In this document: positions 26,442 to 32,000 of the stretch, in pieces
Position numbering within the stretch: position 1 is the stretch's first letter
Layout of the letters: each line of letters begins with the position of its first letter
Notes under the pieces: model-generated
The model's input: only the letters and a program-made list of their open reading frames with translations
Told to the model about the DNA's origin: nothing
Database searches by the model: none
Assembly: GCA_046497275.1 (NCBI GenBank)
Contig: JAWOFX010000176.1
Location: 1-32,000 of the forward strand
Length of the DNA stretch: 32,000 bases
Source: Promethearchaeia archaeon
GTDB lineage: Archaea > Asgardarchaeota > Lokiarchaeia > Sigyniarchaeales > SOKP01
Direction: 5' to 3'
Program-made: the position numbers and the translations under genes

Positions 26442-27266
26442 TTGATAAGGATGATCATCGAAAAAACAATCGAAAAAATTACAGAAAAATTGGACGAAAG
26501 TAAAGTAACACCTCCAAAAGTATCAAAAGTGGTGATTGGATTGGGTTATACTGGTGTTGAACTAAATTTTAGTGGTGTCCCCCCTCAATTAGGCGTGGCT
26601 TTTACCCTTCCAGAATTACTTCAAAATAAGGCTTGTTCAAAAATTAATTATGCGGGAAAATTAACTGAAAAAAAAGCTCAAGAATTATTAAATTGGGCTA
26701 AAAATGAGCCAAGTTTGGAAAAAGTTATTGGTATTGCGACTTTAAATGCTTTTTCTCAATATATTTTACAGAGCAAAACTTCTGAATATAAATTTTTAAA
26801 TAAAGATCTAAGAAAATATCTAGGTCTGAATAATCATACGAGGGTCACCTTTATTGGATTAATAGAACCTATGATAAGACAATTTTCTAAAATAACTAAA
26901 AATATATTGATTATTGAAAAAAATTTGGAATTCTCGCAATTCTTTGAAAATTTTAAGCTCTTAAGAAGCATTGATAAGATTTCTCAAGATGATTTAGATA
27001 CAGATATATTAATTTGTACAGGGACATCAATAATAAACGACACTTTAGAAAAAATTATAGATACATTTAGGAATAAGGCGAGTTTTATAGCTCTAATAGG
27101 TCCAACTGCAAGCATGATCCCTGATATCTTTTTTGAGTATGGTATAGATCTAATCGGTGGGATGAAATTTAAAAATTCAGAAGCGAGTTTTAGGGTTCTG
27201 CAAGAAGCTGGAGGCACAAAATTCTTTAAAAAATATGCTATTAAATATAATCTTGTATCTGATTAA
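26442..27266 (+). CDS. DUF364 family protein (N-terminal DUF4213-like plus Rossmann-like domain)
   Basis: VVIGLGYTGV, GIATLNA, FIG...PM, ICTGTSIINDTL, LIGPTAS and GAKF-like GTKF. Alternative start ATG 26451. Confidence 0.88.
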   Translation: MIRMIIEKTIEKITEKLDESKVTPPKVSKVVIGLGYTGVELNFSGVPPQLGVAFTLPELLQNKACSKINYAGKLTEKKAQELLNWAKNEPSLEKVIGIATLNAFSQYILQSKTSEYKFLNKDLRKYLGLNNHTRVTFIGLIEPMIRQFSKITKNILIIEKNLEFSQFFENFKLLRSIDKISQDDLDTDILICTGTSIINDTLEKIIDTFRNKASFIALIGPTASMIPDIFFEYGIDLIGGMKFKNSEASFRVLQEAGGTKFFKKYAIKYNLVSD

Positions 27267-27386
27267 CTAAGATTCGAATTTATGCTTCTAAAACTCAAAC
27301 AATCTTTTGATAGTAATGAAAAAGTTTTTTTATAAAAGCATCTATTTCTAATGTAATTTAGAAAAAAGATATCCATATTTAAGATC

Positions 27387-29576
27387 ATGAAAACAAGAGG
27401 ATCTATTAAAAAATTAAAAATTTTACTACCATTCATCATATTATTCGTTATTCCATTGACCCTTAATGTTTTTGGAAGTTTTAAGACAGAAAATCACACA
27501 TCAGTTTTTATTTCTCCAGAAAACTCAAATTTGTTTTCTTCTGATTCAGAAATGAATGGAAGCGAATATTTAATTATTACTCATGAGAATTTCTCTGATA
27601 CTATAAAAATTTTAGCAGAAGATAAGATTAAACACGGAATATCGACTAAAATTGTGAATTCATCTTCTATTTGCGAGAATCCCACTCCAGAGAATATTTC
27701 TGATTATATTCAGAATGCTTATGATACCTGGAATCCGAAACCAAAATACATTTTATTAGTAGGAGATGTTGAATATATCCCAGCTCATACTGGTGCGGTA
27801 TATGATGTAAGTACAGATCTATATTATGCGACGGTTAACGGATCGGATTATTTTCCTGATTTATATGTCGGCAGATTTCCCGTTAAAACTAATGAAGAAC
27901 TTGAAATAATTATTAATAAAACGATAAATTATGAAGAGAATTATGATCCTTCAAAAGCTATGTTCTCAGATGTTCTTTTAGCAGCCTATGACCAATATGG
28001 AAGATATTATATAAACACTTCTGAATCAATTAGAGAATTTTTAGAAAATAATTCATATACAACCACTTGCGTTTATACAGGAGGGGATTACACGGGAACA
28101 ACAGAAGATATTATTAATTGTATAAATCAAGGGGCACTTTTGTTAAATCATAGGGATCATGGGGGAGTCAATGGGTGGAGTTATCCTTCATTTACAATCT
28201 CCGATATTGATGATCTCAATAATAGTCACTTTCAACCCGTTATGTTTTCTATTAACTGTCTAAGCGGATCTTTTGATTATCCATCCGATTGTTTTGGAGA
28301 GGCTATTCTAAAGACAGAAAATAAAGGAATAAGTGCTTTTATTGGAGCATCTACCGTGAGTTATAGTGGATACAATGATGAATTAAATAAAGGATTATTT
28401 GCTTCGATTTGGCCAGATTATTATCCAAATTATTCCAATGGTAATGTCACTCGAACTACAGAATTAGGAGGAATTTTGAACTTTGGAAAAATGTTTATGT
28501 ATGATAAATATTACCTCACGAATGGAGAGGGTTATATATGGTCAGCATCAGAATCTACTACACGCTTACAATTTGAAATTATGAACCTTTTAGGAGATCC
28601 CGAGTTATCTGTAATAGATAACAAAGCTCCCGAGATACATAATTTATCATTGAATTCAGATAATTTATTTTATGGTGAAACCCAAAAATTAAGTTTCAAT
28701 GTGAGAGAGAAATTTGCATTGGACTCTATTAATATAACAATAGATAATGATAGCTATTTATTAACTAATCTCACAGAAGAATTTTATGAATTTAGCTTTC
28801 AGCCAAATAAAATAGGAAAAATAATTTATAAAATTGAAATAAATGATACTTCGGGAAATACTGTTAATTTCACAGGTGATTTTATCGTAAATCCTCAACC
28901 AATGAATATAGAGACCTCTAAAACTCTGCTAAACATATTAGGCAACAGTTATTTTTTATTAGATATCAATTTAACGGGCTCCATCTCTGGATTACTTTCT
29001 GGACCAGCTAATATTTCTACGGATTGGTCTAAGGATTATAATGTCATAAATCATAATAATGGAACATTTACCCTTGATTTTTCTACTGCTGATCTTCCTG
29101 AAAGCGGAATAACAGAATCTTATACAATAGAAATCTATGCTAATAAAACAAATTATATAAGTACATCAAAATCTTTAAAGATCTCAATCAATCCAATTCA
29201 AACATTAGTTAATTTAAATATTTCTATTTTAAAGGTTTATATTAATCAAACTTTTAATCTTAAAGTAAATTTCACAGAGGAAGTATCCGGGCAACTGATA
29301 TCTAATGCTAATTGTTCTGTAAATTGGCTAAAGAATGCTAATATCACCAGAGTGTCAAGTGGATTTATTATCTCATTTTCAACATTAGGACTTGAAAAAG
29401 GCAATTACACTGCTGTAATTACTTTAGATAAACCAGGTTATGAAACATCTTTTAATAACATTAATATTATTATTGAGGAATCCCCTCCAAATCTAAGGAT
29501 TGATTTGGTTTTTGTTCCGACCATTCTGATTGGTGTTGCGGGGGTATCAATAGTGATAATTAAGAAACTTTATTAA
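27387..29576 (+). CDS. Membrane-anchored C25 (gingipain-like) cysteine peptidase with Ig-like stalk
   Basis: YLIIT, YILLVGD, TDLYY, DLYVGRFP, NHRDHG (His), INCLSG (Cys), AFIGAS and LLGDPEL; N-terminal signal/anchor; two about 100-aa Ig-like repeats; C-terminal TM followed by KKLY. Confidence 0.92.
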   Translation: MKTRGSIKKLKILLPFIILFVIPLTLNVFGSFKTENHTSVFISPENSNLFSSDSEMNGSEYLIITHENFSDTIKILAEDKIKHGISTKIVNSSSICENPTPENISDYIQNAYDTWNPKPKYILLVGDVEYIPAHTGAVYDVSTDLYYATVNGSDYFPDLYVGRFPVKTNEELEIIINKTINYEENYDPSKAMFSDVLLAAYDQYGRYYINTSESIREFLENNSYTTTCVYTGGDYTGTTEDIINCINQGALLLNHRDHGGVNGWSYPSFTISDIDDLNNSHFQPVMFSINCLSGSFDYPSDCFGEAILKTENKGISAFIGASTVSYSGYNDELNKGLFASIWPDYYPNYSNGNVTRTTELGGILNFGKMFMYDKYYLTNGEGYIWSASESTTRLQFEIMNLLGDPELSVIDNKAPEIHNLSLNSDNLFYGETQKLSFNVREKFALDSINITIDNDSYLLTNLTEEFYEFSFQPNKIGKIIYKIEINDTSGNTVNFTGDFIVNPQPMNIETSKTLLNILGNSYFLLDINLTGSISGLLSGPANISTDWSKDYNVINHNNGTFTLDFSTADLPESGITESYTIEIYANKTNYISTSKSLKISINPIQTLVNLNISILKVYINQTFNLKVNFTEEVSGQLISNANCSVNWLKNANITRVSSGFIISFSTLGLEKGNYTAVITLDKPGYETSFNNINIIIEESPPNLRIDLVFVPTILIGVAGVSIVIIKKLY

Positions 29577-29994
29577 TGAAATTTAAAAATAAAAACACTC
29601 AATTTTCTTTTCAGGTTTTTTTTTCTGATCATTATAGAAGTATTATAGATTATCTAGTCCAATTCTCTGAACAAATATGAGTAGATTTTTACTCAGTTGT
29701 CAAAATAATTAAATTTTTATAATTTTTTAAAAATAGATTTAAATATAAGAATAATCTTGTTTTTTTATGTTTATCACTTAGAGTTCTATAGCTTATACTG
29801 TTTATTTAGTATAAAATATAAGGAAAAACTAAGATAACGGGGAAAACGATACTAAGAATTAAAACAGAAATTAGTAATTTATAAATATAAAATTATGATA
29901 CTAATGATTAGAGATTTTATGATGTAAAATGGGGTTTTATTACGGAAGTAAAGACAAAAAAAATATAATTTATCTAAAAATAATTTAGCTAAAA

Positions 29995-32000
29995 ATGTTG
30001 AGAAAAAAACATCTAATTATAAGTCTCTTTTTTATCATTTTTTTATCCTTTACAATCTCAATATTCTTTACTCAAAAGACTCATGAATTTCCATATTCCC
30101 AAGATAAGGATAAATTTAATCATATTAATACTTCTTCTGATGATCTTGTTTTAGCCGAAGGTGTTAATGACCCATTAAATATAACGGATAAAGCAATGCT
30201 TTATGATAATCAAGAAATTATATTAACGGGACAAAATGAGGAGAATTTATCGTATTATTTGGCAGATGAGTGGGAAGCTACCAAAATAGAAACAAATTTA
30301 ATTAATATATCTGATAAATGGAATTGGGTTGAAAATGGTGACTTATTTCCTATAGATACATTCACTGTAAATGAGAGTTATGAAAGTACTCATACATTTA
30401 GCAGTCAAATAGACTATGACCCTACGGTCCCAAGCAATATACAATCAAATATAACTGTCAGCGGAGCAATTGCAATAAGAGTACACTTTAAAAATATCTC
30501 ATTCGCTGCTGATAAAGATTACTTGTTTATGTATAATAATAATTATACGCTAATTTATCATGAGGGTGGAAATGGAAGAGTGAGGCAAAATTTCTATTCT
30601 CCATGGATAAAAGGAAACCAGACGTTAATCACAATTAATTCAGAAGGAGGAACTTCCAGTGATGGTTATTATATCGATTATTATGAGTTTATAAATGGAA
30701 GCTCTCAATATTATAACAATTCAGAATATTGGAATGAAAATAGTTATACGCTAGGGAGTGAAGAAAGAACATTTTCCGGTTATGGTGATATAAAGGATGA
30801 AGCAGGGATGTACGCTAATCTAATTGGAACAATTAAAGAAAACCCAGCAAAATTCCAAGCAGAATATGAGAGTGGAGATTACATTGAATTATATCAAAAC
30901 CTAAGTATCCCAAGAGGAAGGACAATTGACGGATCAATTTCATTTGATTTTTTACTCGAATTTGGAGTTTCTACAGATCAGATTATAATGTATGTGGAAA
31001 TAAATGATCAAGTAATTTATTCCAAAAGATTTAATGATATTGTAAGTCAAGGAAAGAATCAATGGTTTTCTACTGGTAAAGTAACCATGAATTCATGGGA
31101 TGTTATTCCAAACGTATTTGATAATGCGCTTAATAATGAAAATATAAAGATTTCGCTTGGAATAAAAACAACTGATAATTTAGAATTTGATCAAGAAGAA
31201 CAAGGCGAACAATTAATATGGTTTGATAATATAAATTTAGAGTTAACAACCTTAGTAAATTCGACTCAAAGCGATATAAATCTCACCATTAATAATTATA
31301 ACCTTATTGATTCCGATGAATGGGGAAAATCATCTATTACTCTAAATGAAACTTGGACAGAAGATCCTATTTTATTATCAATAAATAGTTCAACCCCTTA
31401 TTTGATCTTTGACATAAGTATTTCAGTTAGTTTATATCATTATTCTTCAACTTTATTAAATGAATTCCAAGATGAAGGAATATCATATGAAATTTTAGAG
31501 AATGGAACCATATATTGGGAATTCCTTCATAATTTTGGTAAACCAAGTTTATATGATGATTTTGAAATTTTTATTCAAAAACCTAAAGACTGGAGTTTCA
31601 TTCAGGTACTAGACCCAATTTTTTCCGAAATACCCTTTGAAGGGGGAACTTCCAATGACAAATACCTATTAATTAATGAATCATATACTATAAATTCAGG
31701 AACGTGGAGATTTAAAGCTACCTCACCTAATTATATAAATATTTCGAATACAAAATTATGGAAAAATGGTGTTTTGGGTGATGATACGTTCTTATCTGGA
31801 GATAATTTAAAAATATCTACTCAAATTAACTTTTCTGGATATATTCCCCGAAATGTAGAAGAGACTTCAGCAAAATTAGCCTTAACTTTTCCGAATGGTA
31901 CAATATGGTATCAAGAAAGTCTTACTGTAGGTACCGATGGATATGTAAATTTTACTGAATTATCCTTAACTCCATATTTGTTGGCTGGAATATACAATTT
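29995..32000 (+). CDS. Large surface glycoprotein with CUB-like domain (partial; runs off the window end; not in the ORF track)
   Basis: My translation: ATG 29995, MLRKKHLIISLFFIIFLSFTISIFF (signal/anchor), open for 668 codons to the edge; CUB-like segment ESTH...GAIAIRVHFKNI...DYLFMY...YSPWIKG...DGYYIDYYEF (30382-30690); about 22 NxS/T sequons; WRFKATSPNY motif. Confidence 0.9.
   Translation, partial: MLRKKHLIISLFFIIFLSFTISIFFTQKTHEFPYSQDKDKFNHINTSSDDLVLAEGVNDPLNITDKAMLYDNQEIILTGQNEENLSYYLADEWEATKIETNLINISDKWNWVENGDLFPIDTFTVNESYESTHTFSSQIDYDPTVPSNIQSNITVSGAIAIRVHFKNISFAADKDYLFMYNNNYTLIYHEGGNGRVRQNFYSPWIKGNQTLITINSEGGTSSDGYYIDYYEFINGSSQYYNNSEYWNENSYTLGSEERTFSGYGDIKDEAGMYANLIGTIKENPAKFQAEYESGDYIELYQNLSIPRGRTIDGSISFDFLLEFGVSTDQIIMYVEINDQVIYSKRFNDIVSQGKNQWFSTGKVTMNSWDVIPNVFDNALNNENIKISLGIKTTDNLEFDQEEQGEQLIWFDNINLELTTLVNSTQSDINLTINNYNLIDSDEWGKSSITLNETWTEDPILLSINSSTPYLIFDISISVSLYHYSSTLLNEFQDEGISYEILENGTIYWEFLHNFGKPSLYDDFEIFIQKPKDWSFIQVLDPIFSEIPFEGGTSNDKYLLINESYTINSGTWRFKATSPNYINISNTKLWKNGVLGDDTFLSGDNLKISTQINFSGYIPRNVEETSAKLALTFPNGTIWYQESLTVGTDGYVNFTELSLTPYLLAGIYN

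Noticed and set aside
29895-29927. 10-codon Met-rich mini-ORF (MILMIRDFMM) as a possible leader peptide
   Set aside because: No attenuator structure and no Met-related downstream gene; ATG is frequent in AT-rich DNA.
29929-29994. In-frame upstream ATG (29929) with TAG at 29986-29988 before the surface-protein ATG, suggesting amber read-through
   Set aside because: The protein already has a complete signal/anchor from 29995; no pyl genes in the window; expected by chance.
1-32000. CRISPR arrays, IS/transposases, integrases, tRNA/rRNA
   Set aside because: No regularly spaced repeats, terminal inverted repeats, recombinase motifs or GC-rich structured RNA segments seen; the longest intergenic gap is only about 420 nt.

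Overview
AT-rich (roughly 30% GC by eye), gene-dense prokaryotic chromosomal window. I infer an Asgard archaeon (Lokiarchaeia/Promethearchaeota-like) from oligo-T terminators, TATA-like promoters, DUF369/DUF364/DUF6125 proteins, a membrane-anchored C25 peptidase and a large sequon-rich surface protein; the taxonomy is inference only. The main block is a minus-strand bacterial-type lysine fermentation cluster, kal-kce-[TylM1/DesVI-like N-methyltransferase]-kdd-kamA-kamB-kamD-kamE (11557->3613). It carries an unexpected methyltransferase and lacks kamC at its usual position. Other genes: a secreted C45/acid-ceramidase-like Ntn hydrolase, DUF6125, MscS, a coiled-coil protein, tandem SDR paralogues with a duplicated promoter motif, an MFS transporter, an FG-GAP-like beta-propeller fused to about 7 TM helices, an orphan LuxE-like ligase divergent from a 4-TM protein plus a KDSR (3-ketodihydrosphingosine reductase)-like SDR, DUF369, a GH3 glucosidase, another SDR, DUF364 and a C25 peptidase. 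A >668-aa CUB-containing surface glycoprotein ORF (29995 to the window end) is missing from the ORF track. I saw no rRNA, tRNA, CRISPR array or mobile element.
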